A DNA stretch of 64,000 bases from Marsupella aquatica (Eukaryota > Plantae > Marchantiophyta), in contig OZ316891.1 of assembly GCA_973895155.1 (NCBI GenBank), positions 25,667,899 to 25,731,898 of the forward strand, given 5' to 3'. Both the position numbers and the translations under genes were made by a program. Shown piece after piece: positions 26,698 to 38,386 of this stretch. A model generated the notes under the pieces. The model saw only the letters and a program-made list of their open reading frames with translations, searched no databases and was not told the DNA's origin. Numbering within the stretch: position 1 is the first letter of the stretch; each line of letters begins with the position of its first letter.

Positions 26698-27207
26698 TGT
26701 GAATGGAGGAACCAAAAAAACCAACAAGTTTGAGAGACTCAAGAGTGGTGAAAGACATTCAGAGTGCATTGTGGCTCTGAGCTCTCTTGTTTATATAGGT
26801 GAGTGAATTGAGTCCAAAAGTCAATCTAAAACCTGGTTGAGTGATTTGGTCTTGGCTGGACTTTTCTAGTCAAGTCGTCTTATTAAGACCATTTACCCTC
26901 TAAGATTGAGGCTGTTGTTTGACTTAGCTTCATGCACTCTCAAATCAAGACTTCTTTTGTTGGCTCAATTTAGCCCAAGAGTCAATCTAGACCGGAAGGA
27001 GTGGTCTGGGTCTGAGTTTGAGTTTTAACTCAGTCCAGCCATCTTAATTAGACCATGAGCCGTCGTACTCTTAGTTTCAAATTCATTGTTGACTTGGCTT
27101 TCTATGTAGACCCAAAGATCCAAGTGGTTCAATGGGTTTGAGTCAATTGTTTCCATTTTGTGGGATCTACGTAGAATGGTTTTAGACAGTACTTACTTTG
27201 ACTGACA
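26698..27207 (-). repeat. 3' LTR (510 bp)
   Basis: Matches 31679-32188 except T at 26875 versus C at 31856 (by eye). TATA-like CCTATATAAA on the minus strand at ~26790-26799. Confidence 0.97.
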
Positions 27208-27220
27208 CACCGCCCCTTTC
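27208..27220 (-). promoter_or_regulatory. Polypurine tract
   Basis: GAAAGGGGCGGTG immediately before the 3' LTR on the minus strand. Confidence 0.75.
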
Positions 27221-27251
27221 AAGAAGATCCAAAGCATCATAAATGGTATGG

Positions 27252-30200
27252 TTAGGTTGTCGAAGATGATAATATAAGACCAAGTAAGTCTATGAACCTA
27301 GTAAATTTGGCTCCTTGGAGCGGTTTAGTAAGACCATCAGCAGGCATATCTTTGGTAGATATATACTGCATATCAATATTGCCTAATTTAACTTGTTCTC
27401 GAACATAATGCCAAGGAATCTCGATGTGTTTGGTTCGGGCGTGATGTTCTGGATTGATTGTGAGAGACAAAGCAGGTTTGTTGTCACCATAGAGTACTAC
27501 TCGGTGGATGTCCGGGTAGGTGTAATTCAATTCCCGTAACAAGCGTTGAAGCCAAACTGCTTCTTTAGAGGCAAGGGAGTATCCAATGTATTCCGCCTCT
27601 GTGGACGATGTGGCTGTGACTGTCTGTTTGCGTGATTTCCAGCTGATGGGTCCGCCGGCTAATTTAAATAAGTACCCACTTGTGGATTTTCGATCCACAA
27701 GGTCATCAGCATAGGAGGCATCCGTGAAGCCTCTAAATCCAAGTGAGTGTATCTCTAAGCCCGCTGGAACCGGAGACTTGTACTGTATACTCATGTGGAC
27801 AGTGCCTTGGATGTATGCAAAAACTCTCCGTAGACTGCTCTCGTGTTCTGGTCCTGGATTATGTGAATACTGGCCAAGTTTGGAACATCGCTGGCCTGGT
27901 CCATACTCCCAAGTACATGAGGGACCCCAACATGGCTTGGTAACGATGTACTTGCTCGGTTGTAGCTGTTGCCGTGGTGGGAGGCAGCTCTCTAGAATCT
28001 GTTGATGGAGAATTGGCTGGTAAGCAATTTTCCAAGTGGAACCTAGTGAGAATTTTTGTGGCATAGGCTGCTTGACTTAGATTTAGAGACCGTTCTGCCC
28101 TGTTTCGAAGGATGGAGATGCCTAAATAGTCGGTGAGATCACCCATATCCCTGAGCTCATATTGAGATGATAACATTTTTTTCATCTCGGATATCTCAGT
28201 TAGAGTTGGGGCTACTACTATGATGTCGTCAACCCAAAGGATTAAGATGTTTCCATTTGTGTGCTTCAAAACACAAGGATCAGATGGTAATGGTAAATAT
28301 CCAGCTGTTTTTAGAAATTCTGTAATTGCTATATACCAAAGTCGAGGGGCTTGTTTGAGACCATACAGAGCTCGACAAAGTAACCATACTAGTAAGTTGC
28401 CATTGGCATCATAGGTCTCATAGCCAGGTGGTGGTTTGATGTAGAGTTTTCGTTTTGACTCCATTAACGAGTTCAGAAATGCGGAGACTACATCCAGACT
28501 ATGAGCTTCAAGGTCAAGCGCGGCGATGATGGCCATAATAGTTCGGAAGGTCTCTGGTCGAACGACTGCTGCAAATGTTTCCTCATAGTCTTCCCCAGGT
28601 CTTTGCTTGTCTCCACGGACCACAAAACGAGCTTTATGTAAGCCACACCTTTTGATATTGTAGGTCCACCTTGAAGGTAGTAATCTAGCACCTACCGGAA
28701 GAGGTACTAATTGAGCGACTTGCATTTTATGTAGTTGTGACAGTTCTTTTTGCTCTGCCTCCATCCATTGGGCACAATCAGGTCTCCCCATTGCTTCTTT
28801 GTGGCTTCGTGGCATCTCTTGTGTACTCTGTGAAAACAAGGCGGCAGAGTAACAATACAAGAGCATTGGTGGGGTGTGAGCAAGAAGAGAATTAACTGAC
28901 ATAGTTCTCGTTTTCTGGTGAGCTGCTCGGGGCACTGATTCTGGAGTCCTTTCCTCAATTAAGCGTAAGGGTGGATGCCCTTTGTTGGCTCGTAAAGATT
29001 TTCTTACACTTGACAAGGAATTTTCTAAGTCTGGTGCTGCATCAACGTCTGACGCAATTTCTTCAGGAGTGTGAAGGCCAAGTGGTGGAGTGATGATACC
29101 AGATGGAGCAATTGGAAGTGGAACTGTATTAGAGATGGGGTCAGGCTGATCAAGCATAATCTCCTCCAAGTCCGGCTCTTCTTCATACAAATTTGCTGGT
29201 AAGTCAGTATTGGAGGGAATGGGACTAGAGTTGAGTTGAGATTCATTGAATTGGACATAAGCAGATTTGATCACCTCGTTTGTGCTTGGTATCCATACCC
29301 GGTAGTTGTTACCATCAGAGTACCCCACCAAGTATCCTCTCTTTGCTCTGGTTGCAAATTTGTCCCCACGTTTTCGCTTCTCTGGAGGAATGTGGACATA
29401 AGTTGTAGCTCCATATACTCTGAGCAGATCTAGCCGAGGTTGATCTGGTTTACTTGACGCCTTCATAAGCCTGGAGTATGGTGAGAGATGTCCGGGGTTG
29501 GATGATGTCGGTGACCGGTTTCCCACATGGACTGCAGCTGCAATTGCTTCGGGCCAAAGTTCCTTTGGAAGGTGTGAGTCAATCATCATGGCTCGTGCTT
29601 TTGCTGTCACAATTCCTATGGCTCTCTCAGCTACCCCATTTTGTTCATGGTGGTAGGGAGCCGATTGAATTAACCTGCACCCTTTGGCACCCAGTAGCTC
29701 TTGTAGCTGTGATCCGCCGAATTCAGTTCCATTGTCCATGTGTAGCTCTTTCACCTCTGTACCATACTGTGTCAAAACATTTTGTAAGAACTGTTTTATC
29801 ACCATGAAGGCTTCCCCTTTTGTAGTAATACTGGCTGACCATTTGTATCTAGAGAAATCATCAGTGAGGATCACAAAGTAATGTTTGCGGCCTATTCCTT
29901 GAACTGATATTTTTCCACATAAGTCCACATGTATTTTCTCAAATGGATAGTTTGCACGTACATGTGGGACTCGACAAATAATCCTAGCTGACTTAGCTAG
30001 CAGGCAAGCTTCACATTCCAATGATGGAGTAGTATCCGTTAGCTCTATACTATGTTGTTTCATCAAGATCTTGATTGCATCAACATGTAAATGTCCTAGA
30101 CGTCTATGGAGGGTATTGATGTCTAGTTTTTCAATGGGTACATTAACTATATGATTCTGAGTATGTTGTGGTGTTTTGACTGAGAAAACTCTGAGTCCAT

Positions 30201-31536
30201 TCATCTTGGTGATTGGAGCAAACTCTTTGCCGGAAGGAAGATGAATAAACTGATTTTTCTCACCTCTCCAATAGACATCTTTGATCTCAAGCAAGTTCTC
30301 AGAAATAGTGTTCAAGAAACTATTAGGGGTGAAACGAACATCAGCAAGGCAAATGGCCACAAAGTTACCATTTGATTGTTGTATATGAAGGTGTACCGTA
30401 CCTTTCCCTGGGGATATCATGGACCCATTTCCAGTACCAATAGAAATTGGGCCGGGATAATATTCAGAGAAGAGACTTCTATCGTTACAGCAGTGTTGAT
30501 TTGCACCAGAGTCAGAGATCCAGATATCACGTCCAAGTTGTGTAGATAGTTCTTGTAAGGACTGATGGTTGATCATTGTGAAGCACCCTGAGAAGATGTC
30601 GGCCTCTTCGTTCACACGAGCATTCACTTGGTTGTTGATTCCCAGTTTCTCATTGATTCTCTTGAGCACTATAGTGTTGGGTTGCCATCCTTCCTTCCAA
30701 AGATGTGCATGTTTGTACCAACAACGATCTTCAGGATGTCTGAACCCACAATGCCCACAGCTCTCTTTTCGATCTCTGAGTGTTGGCTCTCTTCTTCCAC
30801 GTTTGCTGCCTGTGAGTTGCTGCGAGTGCCCTTCAATTGTCCTGATTGTTGGTGAAGAGTAGGCCGTGTTGATTATTTGAGTAGAGTGTCGTGCTTCAGC
30901 TATCTCCTTCAAGGTTCGTGATTCGTCTACTATCTCTCCAATGAGTAAATCGAGTCTTGGGATTGTATTCGGATCTCGACGCATCTGCTCTCGCTTGCTT
31001 GCTCCCCAATGCTCAAAATAAGGATCAAGAACCGCGATAAATTGCAAGACTTGGATTTTCTCTGGAATAATCAAGTCTGCTGCAGCACATGTATCCAGGG
31101 CCGCTCGGTACTTTGCACAGAATACCTCAATCTCCTCTCCTTGATATTGAAGCCTATTGTAATCCATCCAGATGTGTTGTTGATGAACCAGGCCTTCTGA
31201 TTGATACTCCGAGCTCAACTTGTCCCAACACTCTTTCGCACTCGAAACGTGCTTCAGTGTATGTTGAATGTGTAACTTGCATGTTGCTAAGATGATAGTC
31301 CTAGCGTGCTCCGCCTTTGAGCTATAAGACTCTAGTCTCTCTTGGTAGACATATTCACGGTCATAATCTCTCTCTCCTGGATATCGTTCAGGTGGAATTG
31401 CAGTTCCAAGAATGAATTTCCAGACTCCAGATGACTTCAATGTAGAAGTGACAAGTAGTTTCCATAATTCATAGTTGCAACTACCCTCTAGTTTGGGAAT
31501 TTGATGTAGCAACTGTGCAATCTGTGAGGTTGTCAT
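27252..31536 (-). CDS. Copia gag-pol polyprotein with one frameshift/short deletion at ~27885
   Basis: Zn knuckle CGHCGFRHPEDRCW, protease WISDSGA, integrase H-H-C-C with D..D..E (HVDLCG, MDNGTEF, NGVAER), RT KARFVVRG/LYGLKQAPRLW/LWVDD, and RNase H FTDASYAD..TEAEY..ADGLTKPL in a shifted frame. Confidence 0.95.
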
Positions 31537-31665
31537 CTTGAATGTGTAACTATAATCTAGCTCTAGTACATAGAAATCACTCTAGTTCTGAATGAGTTTG
31601 CTGATAGGTGACTCTCACTTGTCTAACCTATCTTTTTCAAATGTGAAAACAGAACCTAGCAAGAG

Positions 31666-31678
31666 TGGGCCCATAACC
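31666..31678 (-). promoter_or_regulatory. Primer-binding site, half-tRNA(iMet) type
   Basis: GGTTATGGGCCCA directly follows the 5' LTR. This is the PBS type of Drosophila copia and Ty5-like elements, not the usual plant TGGTATCAGAGC. Confidence 0.85.
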
Positions 31679-32188
31679 TGTGAATGGAGGAACCAAAAAA
31701 ACCAACAAGTTTGAGAGACTCAAGAGTGGTGAAAGACATTCAGAGTGCATTGTGGCTCTGAGCTCTCTTGTTTATATAGGTGAGTGAATTGAGTCCAAAA
31801 GTCAATCTAAAACCTGGTTGAGTGATTTGGTCTTGGCTGGACTTTTCTAGTCAAGCCGTCTTATTAAGACCATTTACCCTCTAAGATTGAGGCTGTTGTT
31901 TGACTTAGCTTCATGCACTCTCAAATCAAGACTTCTTTTGTTGGCTCAATTTAGCCCAAGAGTCAATCTAGACCGGAAGGAGTGGTCTGGGTCTGAGTTT
32001 GAGTTTTAACTCAGTCCAGCCATCTTAATTAGACCATGAGCCGTCGTACTCTTAGTTTCAAATTCATTGTTGACTTGGCTTTCTATGTAGACCCAAAGAT
32101 CCAAGTGGTTCAATGGGTTTGAGTCAATTGTTTCCATTTTGTGGGATCTACGTAGAATGGTTTTAGACAGTACTTACTTTGACTGACA
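31679..32188 (-). repeat. 5' LTR (510 bp)
   Basis: Direct repeat of 26698-27207. Confidence 0.97.
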
Positions 32189-33649
32189 CGATGCCACCAG
32201 CGCCTCGTATCCGTTATGGAGAAGCTGAGGCAAGTTCTGGTGAGCCACGCTCTCAGAAAGGATGATGATTCCAGTTCGGACAGCATTTTCAAGAGAATCG
32301 CGGTGTTCGAGGAGGAGATCAAGGATCAGCTATTGGCGACCGTGCCGGAGGTGCGACGTCAATTCGACAGTGGCGTAAATGGCGCTACACCGAACAGGAT
32401 CAGCGACTGCCGAAGCTTTCCTCTCTACAATTTCGTGAGATCGCTGGGCACTAAGCTCTTGGTAGGCACGGAGACGAGGTGTCCAGGACAAGACATCGAG
32501 CTTGTCTACGATGCCATTACTGAAGGTCAATTGGCTGGTCCGCTCCTCCAATGCTTGGACGGATGGAAAGGATTTCCCACTGCTCCAGTTCCCAGACATA
32601 TTATGGCCTAGAGTCTGAATGATCTACAGTTGTAGATCATCACAATTTGACCTCGAATTTGACAAACTGGAAATTCGAGGCTTCCAGGAGTCTTTCGGAG
32701 AGCATTCAGATGTCCACCTTAGCTTACGAAGATTTAATAATTTTGGCTACATGTACATATATCGGACGTCGAGCTGAAATCTTTTGCATAGCTTACGTAA
32801 TTTTGAGAGTATTCACGATCAATTGAACTCATTTTCCATCAACTGCACCTTTCGCACTGTACCGACTTGAAGCTAGCTGCAATGAGTTTTCTACAGTGAT
32901 TGCATTTCGTGTGGACGTTGAAGTTGATCCACGCATCCACATTTTGGGTCAAATAACTCTGATCACTGCAGGATCTAAGTAGGACCCGCAAAGGGCGGTG
33001 ACCGCGGCACCGACTTGGAGGCAGCTATCGGGGCTGCAGGCGTCTGCAGAGTTGTCGAAGCACATTCTGTCCAGGAAGTCCAGGTAGATGGAGCGCAGTT
33101 CATCAGTGAAGGGCCCTGCATCCGGCTGGCTAACAAGAGAGTTGTGAGTTTCACTTTGAGGAGAAGCCATGGCTACGTACGCACTCATGTACAAGTGCTG
33201 GAATCTTGTTGCAAGCTCAAAAACCAACGAGGAGCCTGGCAGGCTGGAGATCACAGACAATGGAGAACTGGTTGCGAATGACTGGTGGCAGCAACCGAAG
33301 TCTTTTAAATTGAGGGACCTTACAGAACGAGAACAAAAGTTGTCAGGTCACTCATGTTTAGATCTTACTACACTCAGGACATATACCTAACCCACAAGTC
33401 CATTTAAAGTGCCTCCTGACAAAAAAGTGGTCAGGTAATGAATATAATGAAGTCTAAATTTTGGCCAAACTACCGCATGTGCATTTTGTCCTTTCAAAAC
33501 ATCACCCCCAGAGATGAAATAAACTTTGGCCAAAACTACCACATAAGTATTTTGGGGACCCAACTGTGTCCAAAACGAACACAAGTATTTTGGGAAACCA
33601 CACCAGCCCATGTAGGATTCGGAGAAGTCGGGTGCACAAGTGATCTGAT

Positions 33650-33910
33650 TGGGAGAAGTCCAGTACACAAGTGATCTCTCAATTTCATGTGAAGCCCATA
33701 AGTGGACTCTTAATTTCATGTTAAGAAAAAGTGGAGTACAAAAGAGATCTCTCAATGTCACGTGAAGCCCACAAGTGGTCTCTTGATTTCATGTAAAACC
33801 CCATGAGTGGTCTCTTAATTTCATGTAAACCCAACGTGGAGTACACAAGCGATCTCTCAATTTCATGTGGAGCCCACAAGTGGTCTCTTAATTTCATGTA
33901 AGGCCAAGGT
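33650..33910. repeat. Degenerate ~30-40 bp minisatellite
   Basis: CAAGTGGTCTCTTAATTTCATGT-like unit repeated about 7 times. Confidence 0.75.
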
Positions 33911-34512
33911 GGACTGGTCCCTTTGATGTGAATGGGTGTTGGGTGTTGTGATTGAAGTGGACTGGTCACTTTGATACGAATGGTTGTTACGATGAAATCT
34001 AAATGCACCTTGGTTTCTATCACTTTTGGTGCGTCTGCGCTCCCCTTCAGAAGTTTTGGGGCTCGATTGTCATCCAATTTGGTGGCCTACTCCGACAAGC
34101 AAAATCCCGCGCTTCCCGAGCATCAGTCATAATGACAGGCCTCAACAGAACGTTCAGGTACTGGTGATGCGGATCTGGCAGTCCGGGCGAAGCGACTATT
34201 TTTCGTCACCAGCCTGCTCTTCAACCCATGCGGTTAGACCGATCACAGCATTTTTAGGGCACCAAATTAGAAGAGTCTTCTCTGCGGACATTCCCTCACC
34301 TCCAACAATTGGAAAGTGTTAATGGGGCATTAATACCGACAACTTTGGCAGGGAATGGTTCATAATTTCAGTTCCTACCCGTGTGTTGATGGCTACCGTC
34401 TCACCAGTCCAGATCGATGTCAACTCTTTTACTTCTGAAGGGTCGGTGGCCCTAGTTGATATTGACAATCCCTTCTCATCCAGTGGGTGGGTCCGAGGGT
34501 GAGTGTGCCGTT

Positions 34513-34750
34513 CAGTATGTTTTTAGTGGCGAAATTTGCCAAATTCTCATTAGTATTTTTGTATATTTTTCTGTCTCATTAGCCAGTGTCCCACCTAATA
34601 ATTAACTAGAATCTAACGGTCATCCTTAAACCTAGGGAGATTTGAGAGGCCCCATTAGCCAAAATCTAACTATCATCCTTAAATCTAAATCTAGTGAAAT
34701 AATAAAATACTCAGAATATTCAGAGCATCTTCTCTTTCACAAAAACATTG
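34513..34750 (+). mobile_element. MITE-like element (family of 21756 and 38151)
   Basis: Ends CAGTATGTTTTT...AAAAACATTG. The internal sequence is homologous to the inverted copy at 38151-38386. No clear TSD. Confidence 0.55.
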
Positions 34751-35535
34751 GGGCAAAACAATAAAATCCTTAAGAAATATGCTGGTGCCGCTAGCTGTTG
34801 TCTTGATTACCGGTAATTCGGCTTCCTGTCGTCTCCTATTGCCGTTCATGATTGTCTACTTCTATGCTTTCATACCCAGCAATGTTGAAATATGTTTCTA
34901 AATTAAATTATGGAATTTCTCTGGTAGAGATATGCTTGAGTCTGTTTCTAAATTCATACTCTGCTCATTGAAGCATATCTCTACCAGAGAATTCCGAAGA
35001 ATTTGCAACAAGCAATGTCGGGCCTGAGCAGCAGCGATGGAGGCACGATGCAGGAAAATTCAAGATGGGCACGATGCAGTGAAAACGGGCCTGGGCAGGA
35101 AAAGAGCAGAACGTCCTGGCACTAACTCGCAGTGAAAAGGACCTGACGCTATTATTGGAAGGACAAAAAATGGGTTTCACCCTGTTTCTCGCCCCTGAGT
35201 ACTCAAAGTTTCCATTTAAGTTCACTCACCCATTAATTTGCACTAAAGTCCCTACCTTTGCCCTTCATGACACTTTAATGATGACCAGATGTTTTTGTAA
35301 CAGTTCAGCCTGTCCATCCTGCAAAGGAGCTAGAAAAAGCCAAGTGTGAATGCTGATGTGTGGTAGACTAGATTCTCGCCCACCTCGCCTCGCCTGAACT
35401 AGCCCGAACTGTTAGAAACTGCGCTGTACTCGTGACATTAAGGGAGTTATAGAGTTGTTAGGACCACTCGCTGTCCTTAGGACTATAGGCTTGACAGGAG
35501 CGCATTATGCGCTCCCCACTTACGGTAGTAAATAT

Positions 35536-35543
35536 GGTAGGTG
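35536..35543 (-). promoter_or_regulatory. AC element / H-box (CACCTACC) upstream of the BAHD
   Basis: Exact MYB-bound phenylpropanoid promoter motif about 175 bp upstream of the ATG, with a TATA-like CTTATAT at 35641. A single short motif may occur by chance. Confidence 0.35.
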
Positions 35544-35715
35544 CGCCCCATGCACTCTGCTTAGTTAGCGGTGTCTCTTAGATCTAGATTGGTATCCCAG
35601 TCCGTCGATCTCCCTTGATCTGTGATCTCCTCTCTCTCTACTTATATGGCCCTCCGTTGCATCTTCAGTATTCAGATTACTTACGATAGATTCCAACACG
35701 AACGATTCAGAAAGT

Positions 35716-37191
35716 ATGGCGCATCAATTTCTCTCCATGGAATTGCCTCCTTTTACGGATGTCTTGCACACCACCGTCAAACCACTTGAGAAGACTGCTC
35801 ACTTGGAAACCATCGACGCAACAATCCTCGACTCGTTTTTCGCGGAGTTATTCTTTCCATGTCTTTTCGCCTACAGACTTGGCGACAAGTCGGATGCCGT
35901 GTATTCGCAGACAGTGAAACGCATCAAAGAGTCTCTGTCCAAAGTCTTGATTCCTTTCTTTTCGTTCGCTGGTCGCTGGGTGGAGGCATCGCCGGGGAGC
36001 GGAGGACGGAAGCTGTTGTGCAACGATGAGGGCGTTCCATTCATAGAAGCATACATGGACGCAGATCTAGACTCCGTGGTGCAAGCTTCTACTGCATTTC
36101 AAGCGGTCCCGGAGCTGCAGGGACACAGCTTCGTTGGATTGGATGTGACGCAGTACACGCAGCAGCTGCCCCCAGGAGGGGCGATTCCCATTTTCGTCCA
36201 GGTGACCCGTTTCAAATGCGGGGGGTTGGTTCTGGCGGTGACCTTCAATCACATGCACGTGGATGGAAAGGGATTCTCCCACTTCATGAGAGCCTGGTCC
36301 GACCTGTCTCGAACCAATGAGACCGACGTCAAAGTGGATGACAATAGAGCGCAGCTGGACGTACCATCCCTCGCAGCTCTATTCCCCGACCCGGGCGGCC
36401 TGGTTAGCTTAAAGCCTAATGTAAAATCGGGACCATGGGCCACGAAAGTTTTCGAAGTTGGTGCATCGACAATAAAAGTTCTGAAAGAGGAAGCTAAAAG
36501 CAATACAGAGGGCCGAGGATACGTAAGCACTGGAGACTGCATAGTGGCTCAATTGATGAGAAGTTTCGAGGTGCTTCGGCCATCAGTATTTCCTGAAGAA
36601 GATGTCTTTGTAAGCCGCGCTGTGGAAGGGAGAGCACGGTTTCTCGACCATCCAGTTCCCGATGTATGCGGAAACGTGTTAGCACCTCTCTTGCCGCCCG
36701 AAATCCCCACCGGTGAGCTTTTGGAGATGCCTCTGGTGTCCATTGCGAGCAGAGTTCGTGAGAAATTGGAAACTCTGAAGAGGGAGGATTGGCTCGATTC
36801 CGATGTGATTGGGAAATCAATGGGAGCTTTGGCGAACAGTAAACTTAAGAACGTGTGCGTCAGTTCATGGTTCAACTTCGGCGTGTATGCAATAGATTTC
36901 GGCTTTGGTAAGCCATACTTTGTTACGACTCCGAACTCTTTTGGCTCTACGAATATGTTGGCGTGGGCAGTGGTTCTCCCACCTATTCCAAGTAGGTCCT
37001 CATCTGTTGCAACTGTGAACATTTGCACCACTCCAAATGTGTTGCAAGCTCTTGACAGGGATCCACAATTTCAGCAATTCTTCCGCGTGCATGAGGACAG
37101 TCAATCGAAACGAGCTGAGACCCACAATTTCTACAATTCTTTCTTGTGCACCAGCACGGACAATGGCGACTCTAAGATCCAGAATTTCTAG
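35716..37191 (+). CDS. BAHD acyl-CoA acyltransferase (intact, intronless)
   Basis: 491 aa with SLSKVL..F..FAGR, CNDEGVPFIEA, VQVTRFKCGG, catalytic HxxxD (HMHVD) and a DFGWG-like DFGFGKP. Confidence 0.95.
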   Translation: MAHQFLSMELPPFTDVLHTTVKPLEKTAHLETIDATILDSFFAELFFPCLFAYRLGDKSDAVYSQTVKRIKESLSKVLIPFFSFAGRWVEASPGSGGRKLLCNDEGVPFIEAYMDADLDSVVQASTAFQAVPELQGHSFVGLDVTQYTQQLPPGGAIPIFVQVTRFKCGGLVLAVTFNHMHVDGKGFSHFMRAWSDLSRTNETDVKVDDNRAQLDVPSLAALFPDPGGLVSLKPNVKSGPWATKVFEVGASTIKVLKEEAKSNTEGRGYVSTGDCIVAQLMRSFEVLRPSVFPEEDVFVSRAVEGRARFLDHPVPDVCGNVLAPLLPPEIPTGELLEMPLVSIASRVREKLETLKREDWLDSDVIGKSMGALANSKLKNVCVSSWFNFGVYAIDFGFGKPYFVTTPNSFGSTNMLAWAVVLPPIPSRSSSVATVNICTTPNVLQALDRDPQFQQFFRVHEDSQSKRAETHNFYNSFLCTSTDNGDSKIQNF

Positions 37192-38150
37192 AACCAGCTC
37201 TGCAATACTTCCGTAAGTCGAGCGAAGGCCTTATTCCGAAGTACTTCGAGCGGAGTCCTTATCTCTCGTTATCTCTCATCATGACATTTTTTAGACACAG
37301 GGTGTATGTTGTATGTTCTGCTTCGGCTAACATAGGCATTCACTATTCTTAGTACGGGTGAGGCCGTGGGTCTTAGACCTCTAGTAGTATTCCTTACTTG
37401 ACCCTCCTACTTAATTCACACCGAGTTCTACCATACTCTACAATTCCCTCAGTGGTAGGCTTTGGGGTGGTAGGCTTTGGGGCCCTGGTTTTTGGGTTTT
37501 GTGTTAGTTCTTTGTTTTTTTGTTTCATTGGCTTTTTTGGTCCTTTGGTTGTTCCCCCTTGATTGGGTCTTTTGCCTGAGTAATCATGTCTTTTTGGTCC
37601 TTTGGTTGTTCCCCCTTGATTGGGTCTTTTGCCCGACGGATCATGTCTCCCAATTGGGCACTATTTGTTTTTGGCAGTTTGAAATATATAATCAAACACT
37701 ATCATATGTGATCCCGCCTAAAATCCTGAATTGTCTGCTTACAAAAATGACAAAAGACGGAAACACATCCTGACTGTTGAATACATGTGAAGATTTTTCA
37801 TCACCCTTGGATGAGCCAAAATAGTCTCACACCTCCTACCCTGCACTTCTTGCTCTCCACCTCCCTCCACATGCACAGGGGCGGCATGCACACGGTACCT
37901 TGCATTGTACCCTCACCTCTCCCAACGTACCCATTACCCAAAGTACTTTTCCCTCCGGCACCGTACCCAAAGTACTGAGGGTCCACATTAACCAAAATAC
38001 TTTTGCCTTGCCCACATTACCCAATGTGCTTTTGCCTTGCCCACCGAACCCAATTTTGGGTCCTTGGTAATTTTTTTCATCCCCCTGGAATGGTCTCATT
38101 CCTTTGCAACAACTCATTTTTTAAGGTTTTTACCTTTTTGCAAGAGTGAC

Positions 38151-38386
38151 CAATGTCCAGTGTGTGAAGGAAAGGATTCTCAAAATATTCATTATACGAT
38201 TACTTTCCTGACCGTCAGATCTCCCTAAATTAGGGATAACCGTTGAATTCTGGCTAATGGGGCCTGTGATTAGGTGGAACATTGGCTAATGAGACAGGAA
38301 AATATTAGTGAATTTTTGCCAAAAGTGGCAAAAGCTTATTGGGGAGGTGGAATTTGCTAAAATTTTGCCACTAAAACAAACGTTGC
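38151..38386 (-). mobile_element. MITE-like element, inverted copy of 34513-34750
   Basis: The reverse complement contains TTTTAGTGGCAAAATTT..CTGTCTCATTAGCCA.TGT.CCACCTAAT..AACGGT.ATCC..AGGGAGAT..CATTG. Confidence 0.55.

Larger units (their letters stand above)
26698..32188 (-). mobile_element. Full-length, recent Ty1/copia LTR retrotransposon
   Basis: Two 510-bp TG..CA LTRs, 5-bp TSD CGATG (26693-26697, 32189-32193), PBS, PPT and gag-PR-IN-RT-RH domain order. Confidence 0.98.
24888..32611 (+). pseudogene. PAL: Phenylalanine ammonia-lyase, intronless, interrupted by an LTR retrotransposon (5' part 24888-26697, 3' part 32194-32611)
   Basis: [18 protein letters not shown] (Phe-selective), MIO motif [22 protein letters not shown] and HNQDVNSLG. 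Coding resumes after the TSD as ..DDATSASYP(L)MEKLRQVLV..CRSFPLYNFVR. There is an extra -1 indel at ~32215 and substitutions at conserved sites. Confidence 0.95.

Noticed and set aside
32949-33390. Possible fourth cluster gene between PAL and BAHD
   Set aside because: Short overlapping ORFs with no recognisable family motif.
34513-38386. A single Pack-TIR element carrying the BAHD
   Set aside because: Each flank appears to be a complete MITE on its own, and there is no shared outer TSD.
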